Shown here piece after piece: positions 38,434-47,701 of a stretch of 64,000 bases of DNA (the first letter of the stretch is position 1; each line of letters opens with the position of its first letter). Origin of the DNA: Pseudomonadales bacterium (GTDB lineage: Bacteria > Pseudomonadota > Gammaproteobacteria > Pseudomonadales > UBA7434); assembly GCA_013043705.1 (NCBI GenBank), contig JABDNS010000067.1, positions 6,175 to 70,174 of the forward strand, read 5' to 3'. The notes under the pieces were generated by a model. That model saw only the letters and a list, made by a program, of their open reading frames with translations, made no database searches and was not told where the DNA came from. A program made the position numbers and the translations under genes.

Positions 38434-38874
38434 TTATGGCGGGCCTGCAGCCAATTTTGTTACCGCCGCCTGCACCGCCAAGCTGTAGCCTTGTGCGCCA
38501 AGGCCACTAATTACGCCCTCGGCGATGTCACTGAAATAGGAGTGCTGGCGAAATGGTTCGCGCGCCTGGACGTTACTCAGGTGAACCTCGATAAAGGGTA
38601 TCGATACCGCGAGCAGCGCATCACGCAATGCAACGCTGGTATGCGTTAACGCAGCGGGGTTAATGATAATAAAGTCGGTGTTGCCGTGCGCTTGCTGAAC
38701 CCGGTCCACCAGATCGGCCTCTGCATTGCTCTGGAAGTGGATTAGCGTATGCGATGGTGCAGCCGCGGCAGTGTCGCGCTCTATATCGGCCAGGGTCTGG
38801 CTGCCATATTTGGCGGGCTCGCGCACACCAAGCATATTGAGGTTTGGCCCATGTAGGACAAGAATGGTAGACAT
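38434..38874 (-). CDS. aroQ: Type II 3-dehydroquinate dehydratase
   Basis: [21 protein letters not shown]..., [17 protein letters not shown] and [12 protein letters not shown]. 146 aa. Confidence 0.93.
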   Translation of the reverse strand: MSTILVLHGPNLNMLGVREPAKYGSQTLADIERDTAAAAPSHTLIHFQSNAEADLVDRVQQAHGNTDFIIINPAALTHTSVALRDALLAVSIPFIEVHLSNVQAREPFRQHSYFSDIAEGVISGLGAQGYSLAVQAAVTKLAAGPP

Positions 38875-39078
38875 TTGACGCTAATTTCGGCAAATTCGCG
38901 GTTTGGGAGGGGCTGCCTCCAGATTTGAGATTATCTTAGGGGAGCGGCGCCAAAATTGCAATTTAACGCGACCAATGCGGGCGTTTTCACGACATTTGGC
39001 GGTAATTTAGCCGATTATCAACAAATTTTCCGGGAATTTGGAGAGCGTGGTGTAAACGCCGTTAGCGCGGCGCGTGGA

Positions 39079-39687
39079 CTATTTCGCTTGCCAGGCAAGC
39101 GTTCGGCTTTGCACCGGGTAGCAGAGGCCAGCATCCGCGCAGCCCTGGTATTTCACCTCAAGTTCGCCGTGTTCACCCACTAGCAGCTGGCGTGGAATCC
39201 TGGCCAGCGCCTGGTGGTAAAACACTTCTACATGGCCGAAATAGTCGTCGGTTTTGCCTAGCCCGCGGGAAAATTTAGTGCCTTCGTCCAGCGCTAACGG
39301 CTGCCCGCCAGCCGGTGCCCATGCCAGGCCGAACTTATGCCGATACAGATAGTAATCCGGTGCTATCGACCAGATCACCACCAATTCATCATCTTCTTCA
39401 GCGAGGCTTATTTTGAATGCCTCGTCTACTGGTAGAAAATCGTTGCTATTGTCCATTGCGACATCCACATCCATGGCTAAGGATGCAGCGTCGCCAGTCT
39501 TGGCCTGCGCGGTGTCGCTGGCGGTCAATATTGGCTGCGCCGCGGATTGCAAGGCGCGCGGGCTCTCATTGGCATTACAACCGGCAAGCGCAAATACTAT
39601 TGTGCCCAATGCAACTGAAAGCGCTGCGCTGGCTGCGCGATTTTTTCGATTTGGGTCAGGCAAGGAGATTGGCTTGCGAAATGACAT
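39079..39687 (-). CDS. Stand-alone DsbD alpha (N-terminal) domain protein, probable lipoprotein
   Basis: Lipobox FALAGC. Then FLPVDEAFKISL...IAPDYYLYRHKF...VKYQGCADAGLCYPVQ, which matches the E. coli DsbD N-terminal domain including its two redox cysteines (YQGCADAGFCYPP, from memory). The ORF stops after 202 aa, with no membrane or thioredoxin domain. Confidence 0.75.
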   Translation of the reverse strand: MSFRKPISLPDPNRKNRAASAALSVALGTIVFALAGCNANESPRALQSAAQPILTASDTAQAKTGDAASLAMDVDVAMDNSNDFLPVDEAFKISLAEEDDELVVIWSIAPDYYLYRHKFGLAWAPAGGQPLALDEGTKFSRGLGKTDDYFGHVEVFYHQALARIPRQLLVGEHGELEVKYQGCADAGLCYPVQSRTLAWQAK

Positions 39688-39876
39688 AGGATTTTCCAGG
39701 TTGTTTGCGTGTGCATCTGCAGGCGCTTAAGTGTGGCTAAGCTTGCAACGTTCAATAGTTAAGTTTAGCTTGTGCGGCGCATGCTTCGTTGATGCGCTGG
39801 TCATTTCGACTGAAAAATCACGGGAAAATTCCACGCTGGCCCGACATTGCCGTGCAGCGCCAAACGAGGTGATATA

Positions 39877-40443
39877 GTGCACAAACGTGAACCACACTCA
39901 GGGTTATTGGTGCACATATTGAATCTTTTTTTGAGCCGGCAAAATCGCTTATGGCTGGTGTTGGCACAACTGCTGTTGCTGGCACAACTATTGGTTGGCT
40001 GCGGCCAGCCAGGCCAAGGCGCTGGCGAGCCGACAAATGAGGCGGAAAAAAATAACCGGGAAAGCAGTGCAGGTTTGCAGGCATCGAATGGCTGGATGCG
40101 TCTGCCACCGCCAGGCCGCGATGTTACCAGCGCCTATATCACACTAAGCAATCCCGGCAACCAGGACCAGGTTTTACGCAAATTTAGTGCCGCGCAGCTG
40201 CGCGCCATCGAGCTGCACGAGCACAGTCACCGCGATGGCATGATGCAAATGCGCCACGTACCCAACTATGTAATCGCTGCAGGCGATACGCTTGAAATGC
40301 AGCCAGGCGGCCATCACTTGATGTTGTTTGGTTTGTCGCCCGAATTCACAGAACAAAGCCAGCTCGCTATTGAGCTGGAGTATGGCAGCGGCGACAATGT
40401 CAATGTCATCGTTGTGCCGGTAACGGTGCGCGATATTCGCTAG
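39877..40443 (+). CDS. PCu(A)C-type periplasmic copper chaperone (DUF461), probable lipoprotein
   Basis: Lipobox LLVGC. Motifs NGWMRLPPPG...SAYITLSN, ELHEH...MMQMRHV and GGHHLMLFGL (H-x-M) are typical of PCuAC. The GTG at 39877 is preceded by GAGGTG, and I prefer it over the track TTG start at 39847. Confidence 0.75.
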   Translation: MHKREPHSGLLVHILNLFLSRQNRLWLVLAQLLLLAQLLVGCGQPGQGAGEPTNEAEKNNRESSAGLQASNGWMRLPPPGRDVTSAYITLSNPGNQDQVLRKFSAAQLRAIELHEHSHRDGMMQMRHVPNYVIAAGDTLEMQPGGHHLMLFGLSPEFTEQSQLAIELEYGSGDNVNVIVVPVTVRDIR

Positions 40444-40465
40444 CACAGAGCGCAGGATACAAACT

Positions 40466-41509
40466 ATGGATTCCCGTGATCGCGTAGACATGATCAAGGC
40501 CGACGTGTCCTACTGGTGGGCTGACAGCATTATTTTGAAAGTGCTGTTATATGTATTGGCCGCTTATTTGCTGGTTGCCGTGGTACTGGCGGTGTATTGG
40601 TCGAATGAGCCCGAGCAGTTCGATGTGGTGCAAGCTGCCGCTGCGCGCAGCGCCGCCGACAATCGCGCGGTGGTGCCGGGCACGGTAACTACCGCAACGC
40701 TGATGCAGCTGGCAGAGACTTTGCTCGAAAAGCCCGGTGGCTTTCTCAGCAATGACATTGCACCGCCCGGCGTGTTGCTCGATAACATGCCCAACTGGGA
40801 GTTTGGCGTACTGGTACAGGTGCGCGACCTGGCTCGTTCGATGCGTGAGGGGTTTAGTCGCTCGCAATCGCAATCAACAGAAGACGGTGACTTATCGCTA
40901 GCCGAGCCGCGCTTTCACTTCGATAACAACAGCTGGATTTTTCCGCGTTCCGAGGATGAGTATCGCGACGGCAAAGAATTTGTGGGTCGATACTTAAAGC
41001 GGCTGTCCGATCCAGGCCAGGGTGCGTCGCAATTTTTTACGCGTGCCGACAACCTTGTGGTTTGGCTGGCGACGGTTGAATCCAGGCTGGGTAGCTTGTC
41101 GCAACGCTTGAGCGCGAGTGTTGGGCAAAAGCGACTTAACACCGACCTTGCCGGCGAGCCCGATGCAGAGCGATCTACCGCAACGCCCGACGAGTTGTTG
41201 ATCAAAACCAGTTGGTACGAAATTGATGACGTGCTGTATGAGGCGCGCGGTACCAGTTGGGCGCTGGTGCACTGCCTGAAGGCGGTGGAAGTCGATTTTG
41301 CCGATGTGCTGAAAAAGAAGAATGCGTTAGTGAGCTTGCGGCAAATTATTCGCGAACTGGAAACCACCCAGCAGACTATATGGAGCCCGGTGGTTCTGAA
41401 TGGCAGCGGCTTTGGTTTTTTCGCAAATCACTCGCTGGTGATGGCTTCGTATATCTCAAGGGCGAATGCCGGGATTATCGATTTGCGTGAACTGCTGACG
41501 CGCGGCTAA
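40466..41509 (+). CDS. DUF2333 family membrane-anchored protein
   Basis: 347 aa. N-terminal TM (VLLYVLAAYLLVAVVLAVYW) and then a soluble domain with FHFDNNSWIFP-type motifs that I associate with DUF2333. This is a family assignment from memory only. Confidence 0.5.
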   Translation: MDSRDRVDMIKADVSYWWADSIILKVLLYVLAAYLLVAVVLAVYWSNEPEQFDVVQAAAARSAADNRAVVPGTVTTATLMQLAETLLEKPGGFLSNDIAPPGVLLDNMPNWEFGVLVQVRDLARSMREGFSRSQSQSTEDGDLSLAEPRFHFDNNSWIFPRSEDEYRDGKEFVGRYLKRLSDPGQGASQFFTRADNLVVWLATVESRLGSLSQRLSASVGQKRLNTDLAGEPDAERSTATPDELLIKTSWYEIDDVLYEARGTSWALVHCLKAVEVDFADVLKKKNALVSLRQIIRELETTQQTIWSPVVLNGSGFGFFANHSLVMASYISRANAGIIDLRELLTRG

Positions 41510-41641
41510 ACACCCGCTTGCTCAGCGCTTCGCCATCGCGCGCCCATTTTTCCCACTATAATCAGTTAATATAGCCGGCTAGTTGCTGTGCGTCGCTGCG
41601 CTCAATGCCAGGCCAACCATTCGATACAGAGAGCTACAAAC

Positions 41642-42697
41642 GTGAGTCACACCACCGACGATGTAAGAATCGACAAAATCAAGGAACTGTTGCCCCCGGT
41701 AGCGCTGATGGAGCGTTTCCCGATTAGCGATATGGGCGCCGCCACGGTGCTGGCGTCACGCCAGGCGACGCACAATATTTTGCACGGCAGCGATGACCGC
41801 CTGCTAGTGATTTCCGGCCCTTGCTCTATCCACGACCCTGAAGCTGCGCGCGAATACGCGATCAAATTAAAAACCCTGCGCGATAGCTATGCGGATTCGC
41901 TTGAAATTGTTATGCGGGTTTATTTTGAAAAGCCACGCACCACGGTGGGCTGGAAGGGCTTGATTAACGACCCCTACATGGATGGCAGCTTCCAGATTAA
42001 CGACGGGCTGCGAATCGCGCGCAAGCTGCTTTGCGATATTAACGACCTCGGCCTGCCAACGGCGGGTGAATTTCTCGACCTGATTTCGCCGCAGTATGTT
42101 GGTGACCTGATGAGTTGGGGCGCTATTGGTGCGCGCACTACCGAATCACAAATTCATCGCGAACTGGCCTCCGGCCTGTCGTGTCCGGTCGGTTTTAAAA
42201 ACGGCACCAAGGGTTCAATAAAAATTGCTGTAGACGGTATTGGTGCCGCTAGCCATCCGCACCACTTTTTGTCGGTGACCAAGTTTGGTCATTCGGCTAT
42301 TGTCGCCACCAAAGGCAATAAGGACTGCCACATTATTTTGCGTGGTGGAAGCGAGCCGAATTATAGCGCGGAACATGTTGCCGAGGCCTCAGCGCAGTTG
42401 GCCAAGGCCGGTGTGGTCGACAAGGTAATGGTCGACTTCAGCCATGCCAACAGCAATAAACAGTTCAAGCGCCAACTCGACGTAAGCACCGATGTTGCGG
42501 CGCAAATTGCCAGCGGTTGCGACAAGCTGTTTGGCGTAATGATTGAAAGTCATTTGGTAGAAGGTAACCAGAACGTAGAGCCTGGCAAGCCGATTACCTA
42601 TGGGCAAAGCATTACCGATGCTTGTATTGGCTGGGAAGACACCGAAACAGTAATGGCCCAACTGGCCGATGCGGTGCACAAGCGCCGTAAACGATAA
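41642..42697 (+). CDS. Class I (AroAI-alpha) 3-deoxy-7-phosphoheptulonate (DAHP) synthase
   Basis: DDVRIDKIKELLPP, GPCSIHD, EKPRTTVGWKGLINDP and IGARTTESQIHRE. The GTG at 41642 gives 351 aa. The feedback specificity (aroF/G/H) cannot be determined. Confidence 0.9.
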   Translation: MSHTTDDVRIDKIKELLPPVALMERFPISDMGAATVLASRQATHNILHGSDDRLLVISGPCSIHDPEAAREYAIKLKTLRDSYADSLEIVMRVYFEKPRTTVGWKGLINDPYMDGSFQINDGLRIARKLLCDINDLGLPTAGEFLDLISPQYVGDLMSWGAIGARTTESQIHRELASGLSCPVGFKNGTKGSIKIAVDGIGAASHPHHFLSVTKFGHSAIVATKGNKDCHIILRGGSEPNYSAEHVAEASAQLAKAGVVDKVMVDFSHANSNKQFKRQLDVSTDVAAQIASGCDKLFGVMIESHLVEGNQNVEPGKPITYGQSITDACIGWEDTETVMAQLADAVHKRRKR

Positions 42698-42720
42698 ACC
42701 CTAAACTCGACAATCGCCTG

Positions 42721-43713
42721 TCAGGCAAAATCGCGTAATAATTTTGCGTGTTGTTCGGCAGGTAGCCTGGGGCCAAATTGTGAAACCACCGTTGCCGCGG
42801 CTGCGCTGGCGAAGCGACCTGCCGCAGCTCTGTCCATGCCGTTGGTAATGCCGTAAAGGTAGGCGCCTGCAAACATATCCCCAGCGCCATTGGTGTCTAC
42901 CGCGTTCACTTTTACACCGTCTATGCGATGCATTTCTCCGTCGTGAAAGACCAGCGCGCCCTCGGCGCTCAGCGTAATTACAAATTCATCACAGACTTTT
43001 TTAAGCGCATCGATCGCGACGTCGAGATCGCGCGTGCCTGCATATTGCAGCGCTTCGTCACGGTTGCAAAAAACCAGGTCGAGCTTGTCGCCCATTATTT
43101 CCGCAATGCCATCGCGAAAGTGCTCAATGATGCCAGGGTCCGAGAAGCTCAGCGCAACGCGCGTGCCATTCGCTTGCGCGTGCTCGCGCGCGGTAACAGC
43201 GGCCGCTTTGCCGGAGGCTGATGTCACCAGGTAACTCTCTATATACAAATACTCTGACGCCGCCATTGCCTGCAAGTCGAGTTCACGCGCTGAAAAGTTT
43301 TCACTGGCGCCCAAAAAGGTATTCATTGAGCGCTCGGCGTCGGGAGTGATCAGGATCAGGCATTTGCCTGTGATGCCCGGTTCAAATTCAGTGAGCGGTG
43401 TGTCAACGCCGGCACTGCTCATATCGCGCATGTAGAAATGGCCGTTATCATCGTCGGCGACCTTGCCGCTGAAGAATGACTTCGCGCCAAAATAGCTGGC
43501 TGCGATGATGGTGTTGCCGGCCGAGCCGCCGCTGGCGCGCTGTGAGTGGACCAGGTGGTCTTCAAGCTGCTCGAGAAGGTAGGCGCGGCGTTCTGGGTCG
43601 ACCAGCGTCATTAGGCCTTTTTCAACGCCCAGTTGCTCTAGCTCGTTGTCGCTCACCTGGATCTCGGTATCGACTAATGCAGCGCCCATGCCATAAAGCT
43701 GATAATTTTTCAT
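42721..43713 (-). CDS. PfkB-family kinase, adenosine kinase-like
   Basis: 330 aa with GGSAGNT and C-terminal DTNGAGDMFAG motifs of ribokinase/PfkB-fold kinases. Confidence 0.7.
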   Translation of the reverse strand: MKNYQLYGMGAALVDTEIQVSDNELEQLGVEKGLMTLVDPERRAYLLEQLEDHLVHSQRASGGSAGNTIIAASYFGAKSFFSGKVADDDNGHFYMRDMSSAGVDTPLTEFEPGITGKCLILITPDAERSMNTFLGASENFSARELDLQAMAASEYLYIESYLVTSASGKAAAVTAREHAQANGTRVALSFSDPGIIEHFRDGIAEIMGDKLDLVFCNRDEALQYAGTRDLDVAIDALKKVCDEFVITLSAEGALVFHDGEMHRIDGVKVNAVDTNGAGDMFAGAYLYGITNGMDRAAAGRFASAAAATVVSQFGPRLPAEQHAKLLRDFA

Positions 43714-43844
43714 CGTATTTCGCTCGCCTTGCCTCTATTCTGGTGCGTCAGTTTCGCGGCGCCAGTCATATTTGTTCGCTGGTTATCCAAGCGAATCACA
43801 CTGTCGCGGCGCAAGATAAATAGCTTACCGGTTGAACGCAAGCC

Positions 43845-46217
43845 ATGTCCCTAAAAACCAGGCGAAAAAAGTCGGCCAAACGCAGGCATCCTACGCGTTT
43901 GCGCCGACTACTTATGTTATGGCGGCATCCGCTGGTGCTGAAGCTCGGCTTGCTGTTGCTGGTATTACTGGCTAGCTATACCGTTTACCTGGATGCGACC
44001 ATTCGCAGCAGCTTCGATGGCAAAAAATGGCAGGTACCGGCCAGGGTCTACGCGCGCCCGCTGGAACTTTTCGAGGGTATGCCATTAACACCGCAAGAGC
44101 TGGCGTCAGAACTTCGCGACCTGGGCTACAGCGAGCTACGCGCCACTTCGCCAGGCAGCTTTCAACGCAACGGCAACCGGCTGTCGCTTTATTCACGCGG
44201 ATTCGATTTTTGGGATGGCAGCGAGCCGCAACAAATTGCCGACGTCGAATTTCGCAATGGATCGATAAGCCGGTTAGCGCGCATGGGTAGTAGGGGCGCT
44301 AGCGGCAAGCTCGCGCTGTTGCGGCTAGAGCCGCTGGAGATCGGCGCGATATACCCGGCGCACAAAGAGGATCGCGTGCTGGTTAGGCTGGAAGAGGTGC
44401 CACCACTGTTAACCGCAGCGTTGCTGGCTATCGAGGATCACCGCTTTTACCAGCATCATGGCGTATCTTTGGTATCGATCGCGCGGGCGGCGCTGGCCAA
44501 CGCCAAAAGCGGCGCGGTAGTGCAGGGTGGATCCACGCTTACCCAGCAGTTGGTAAAAAACTTTTATCTCGATAGAAGCCGAACGCTGCGCCGCAAGGTT
44601 ACCGAAGCGTTGATGTCCGGTTTGCTCGAGTTACATTACAGCAAAGAGGCAATCCTTGAAGCCTACCTGAACGAGGTGTACCTGGGCCAGGCTGGTGCGC
44701 GCGCAATCCATGGTTTCGGGTTGGCCAGCCAGCACTATTTCAACCGCGCGCTGCAGGAACTGAGCATAGAAAAACTCGCGTTGTTGGTGGCTATTGTGCG
44801 CGGCCCGGCCTATTACGACCCTTGGCGCCATCCGGACCGCGCACTGGCTAGGCGCAATCGCGTTATCGATGCGCTCGTGGGCCAGGAATTGCTGGCAGCA
44901 GAAGATGCGCAATGGGCCAAGGCCCAGCCCTTGAATTTGGGTAAAGCTTCGCGCTCGCACTTTACTTTTCCCGCCTATATGGACCTGGTCAAACGCCAGC
45001 TCGGCGAAACCTATAAACGCGAAGATCTTACATCGAATGGCTTGCGCGTTTTCACCAGCTTCGATCCACGTGTGCAACGCCGGGCAGAACAAGCGGTGCG
45101 CGCGCAAATCGCAAAATTACAGTCGCGCGTGGATAAACAAACGCCAGCGGGCGATTTGCCTGCCGAAAATTTCCACGCGAAACAAGTTCGCACTGGACAA
45201 AAAGCAGCATTACAGGCCGCGGTGGTGGTTACGCAAACTACAACAGCCGAAGTGCTCGCCGTGGTGGGAGGCAGCGACCCGCGCTTTGCCGGTTACAACC
45301 GTGCGCTGGACGCGCGTCGCTCTATTGGCTCTGTGGTCAAGCCATTTGTTTATTTAACTGCATTGGAGCGTGGCGATTACACGCTGGCTTCACTTATTGA
45401 CGACGCGCCAATTGCATTTAACAATCGCGATGGCAGCGAATGGGTGCCACGCAATTTTGATCGCAAGGACCATGGCCAGGTGCCACTCATTACGGCGTTG
45501 GCTAAATCCTATAACCAGGCAACGGCAAGGCTTGGGCAGCAACTTGGGCTGGATGCTGTGGTGGAGACATTGCGTCGCGCCGGCCAGGCGCGCGAACTGA
45601 ATGCTGTGCCATCGCTGTTTATTGGCACCACCCAACTCACGCCTTATGAAGTGACCACGCTATACCAAACGATCGCTGCAAACGGATTTCGCACGCCGCT
45701 GAAAGCAATACGTTCGGTATTGGATAGCGATGGCAAACCATTGCAACGCTTCCCCTACCAAACAGAGCAAGTGATCGACCCGCATGCCAATTACCTGTTG
45801 CAGCGCGCGCTGGTCGCGGTGGGCGAATTCGGCAGCGCGGTGGCTGCGAGCCATAAGCTTGGTGCGGCTAGCTTCGCCGGCAAAACCGGGACTTCCGGCG
45901 CGCAACGCGACAGCTGGTTTGCCGGTTTTCGTGCCGATTTATTGGCCGTGGCCTGGGTCGGGTACGACGATAACAAAACGATGCCCTTTACCGGTGCCAG
46001 CGCTGCACTTCCGCTGTGGGTCGAGTTGATGGCCAGCGCCAGTCGACAGCCAGTTTGGCTATTGCCACCAGCTGGCATTGAGCAACACTGGGTAAATACT
46101 TTGAGCGGCATGCCCACGCGGCGAGGCTGTGAGAATAGCCTGCTGCTGCCCTTTGTGCAGGGTAGCGCACCTCAAGGCGCGCGCGTTTGCGATAGCCCGC
46201 AAGCGCTAAAGCGCTAA
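43845..46217 (+). CDS. mrcB: Penicillin-binding protein 1B (bifunctional glycosyltransferase/transpeptidase)
   Basis: Basic cytoplasmic tail plus TM. GT51 motifs EDHRFYQHHG and GGSTLTQQLVKN. Transpeptidase motifs SVVK (SxxK), SYN and KTGTS. 790 aa. Confidence 0.9.
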   Translation: MSLKTRRKKSAKRRHPTRLRRLLMLWRHPLVLKLGLLLLVLLASYTVYLDATIRSSFDGKKWQVPARVYARPLELFEGMPLTPQELASELRDLGYSELRATSPGSFQRNGNRLSLYSRGFDFWDGSEPQQIADVEFRNGSISRLARMGSRGASGKLALLRLEPLEIGAIYPAHKEDRVLVRLEEVPPLLTAALLAIEDHRFYQHHGVSLVSIARAALANAKSGAVVQGGSTLTQQLVKNFYLDRSRTLRRKVTEALMSGLLELHYSKEAILEAYLNEVYLGQAGARAIHGFGLASQHYFNRALQELSIEKLALLVAIVRGPAYYDPWRHPDRALARRNRVIDALVGQELLAAEDAQWAKAQPLNLGKASRSHFTFPAYMDLVKRQLGETYKREDLTSNGLRVFTSFDPRVQRRAEQAVRAQIAKLQSRVDKQTPAGDLPAENFHAKQVRTGQKAALQAAVVVTQTTTAEVLAVVGGSDPRFAGYNRALDARRSIGSVVKPFVYLTALERGDYTLASLIDDAPIAFNNRDGSEWVPRNFDRKDHGQVPLITALAKSYNQATARLGQQLGLDAVVETLRRAGQARELNAVPSLFIGTTQLTPYEVTTLYQTIAANGFRTPLKAIRSVLDSDGKPLQRFPYQTEQVIDPHANYLLQRALVAVGEFGSAVAASHKLGAASFAGKTGTSGAQRDSWFAGFRADLLAVAWVGYDDNKTMPFTGASAALPLWVELMASASRQPVWLLPPAGIEQHWVNTLSGMPTRRGCENSLLLPFVQGSAPQGARVCDSPQALKR

Positions 46218-46361
46218 GCATTTTTTTGCGCTAAATTATAAGAAGCGGCTGATTTATTTACATGAAAGTTGCGCCGCACCTCGGCAAGGCTGGGTTAAGC
46301 TTGCAATAGTACTTTGTATCGACGCCATATCGTCGTTGGCCGGACCAGGAAAGATTAGCCA

Positions 46362-46844
46362 GTGAGCCTCATACCTTATAGCAATTGCCAGCTGCGCGCC
46401 CGGCACTTTCATTGCCAGACGTTTTTTCACGTGTTGTTGGCTTTGTTTCTGGCATCGTTGCTAGCGGGTTGTATTGCGCCTCCCGGCAGCGAGCCGGTTG
46501 AAGTTATCGACCTCGAAGAGCCTGATGGCGGCGCGCTGTCAATGCCATCCCGGCAATTGGAATCCGGTGGTGGCAGTGCGGTAGACCAACTGCTTGCAGA
46601 GGCCGCTGCGGCAATTGATGCGCAGCGCTACGAGCAGGCAGCCGCGCTGATTGAGCGTGCTATGCGCATTAACCCGCAGGATCCGCGTGCCTACTTTGCG
46701 CTTGCGCAGGCCAATTACTTCCAGCAGCGCCAGGCGTTGGCCGAATCACTTTTACAACGCGCTCGCGCGCTCGCGGTGAACGATGCGCGTTTGCTGATGT
46801 CGATAGAATCCTTCGGCCAGCGCATCGCGGCCGGGCTGCGCTAA
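46362..46844 (+). CDS. Small TPR-like lipoprotein adjacent to mrcB (possible LpoP-type PBP1b activator)
   Basis: Lipobox LLAGC, a Pro/Gly/Glu-rich linker, then TPR-like helices (YEQAAALIERAMRINPQDPRAYFALAQANY). The start is a GTG and is uncertain. The functional call rests on synteny and memory of P. aeruginosa LpoP. Confidence 0.5.
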   Translation: MSLIPYSNCQLRARHFHCQTFFHVLLALFLASLLAGCIAPPGSEPVEVIDLEEPDGGALSMPSRQLESGGGSAVDQLLAEAAAAIDAQRYEQAAALIERAMRINPQDPRAYFALAQANYFQQRQALAESLLQRARALAVNDARLLMSIESFGQRIAAGLR

Positions 46845-46872
46845 GTGCAGCTAATATGAATCGCAACGCCGT

Positions 46873-47520
46873 ATGAACCACAACGCAATAATGTCGACTA
46901 ATAATTCTCTTGCAGAAGCGCTCGCCCGCGCCAAGCCTGTTAAATTGCCAGAGCGCCATCAAATGCGCCGCTCTGCGGTCGCCGTGGTGCTCGATAGTGA
47001 TGTATTGGCAGACGCTTCATTATTGTTGATCAGGCGCGCGCAGCACGAACGGGACCCGTGGTCGGGGCACATGGCGTTTCCTGGTGGCCGTAAAGAGGAT
47101 TTTGATCGCAACGGGCTGGCCACCGCCAAACGCGAAATGCACGAAGAAGTTGGTTTTGATATCGATGCCGCTAGCGCAGGCTCGCTCGGCCGCGTGATTG
47201 GCCGCTTGTCGGATTTCAGTACGCGAAGGCGGGCGATCCCGATCGAGATGATTGTCTCACCCTATGTTTTCCAGATTGAGGCGCGGCCCCGGCTGTCGCC
47301 CAACTACGAAGTAGACGATGCGCTATGGATTCCGCTGGCCTACTTCGCAGATCCGGCGAACCGCTCGAAAATCGATTTTGAATACAATGGGCGCAACCAT
47401 GCCATGCCGTCGGTCCCTTATAGTGACTCGCACGTGGTTTGGGGTATGACACTGAAAATGATCGATGAGCTGCTCGCCGTTGTTGGTGCCGGAGTGCCCG
47501 ACGGCCTACGAAGCCTTTAA
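46873..47520 (+). CDS. NUDIX hydrolase, CoA pyrophosphatase-like
   Basis: Nudix box GGRKEDFDRNGLATAKREMHEEVGF, preceded by LLLIRRAQHERDPWSGHMAFPGG, which resembles the NudL/CoAse upstream motif. Confidence 0.75.
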   Translation: MNHNAIMSTNNSLAEALARAKPVKLPERHQMRRSAVAVVLDSDVLADASLLLIRRAQHERDPWSGHMAFPGGRKEDFDRNGLATAKREMHEEVGFDIDAASAGSLGRVIGRLSDFSTRRRAIPIEMIVSPYVFQIEARPRLSPNYEVDDALWIPLAYFADPANRSKIDFEYNGRNHAMPSVPYSDSHVVWGMTLKMIDELLAVVGAGVPDGLRSL

Positions 47521-47701
47521 CGGCAGGCATGGCCTTTGTTGGTAGTGGCTTTGGCTTACTAGCCCCGCGGTGTGATGCATAGCCTCGAATCAAGCCCTGC
47601 CTTATAATCCTTGAACCTGTTGCACAAGTTTTATTCAAAACCTGGATCTCGTTGTGCCGCTGCGGCAATTACTCAAATTTCCTTGGACTGGGAGTTAAAC
47701 C

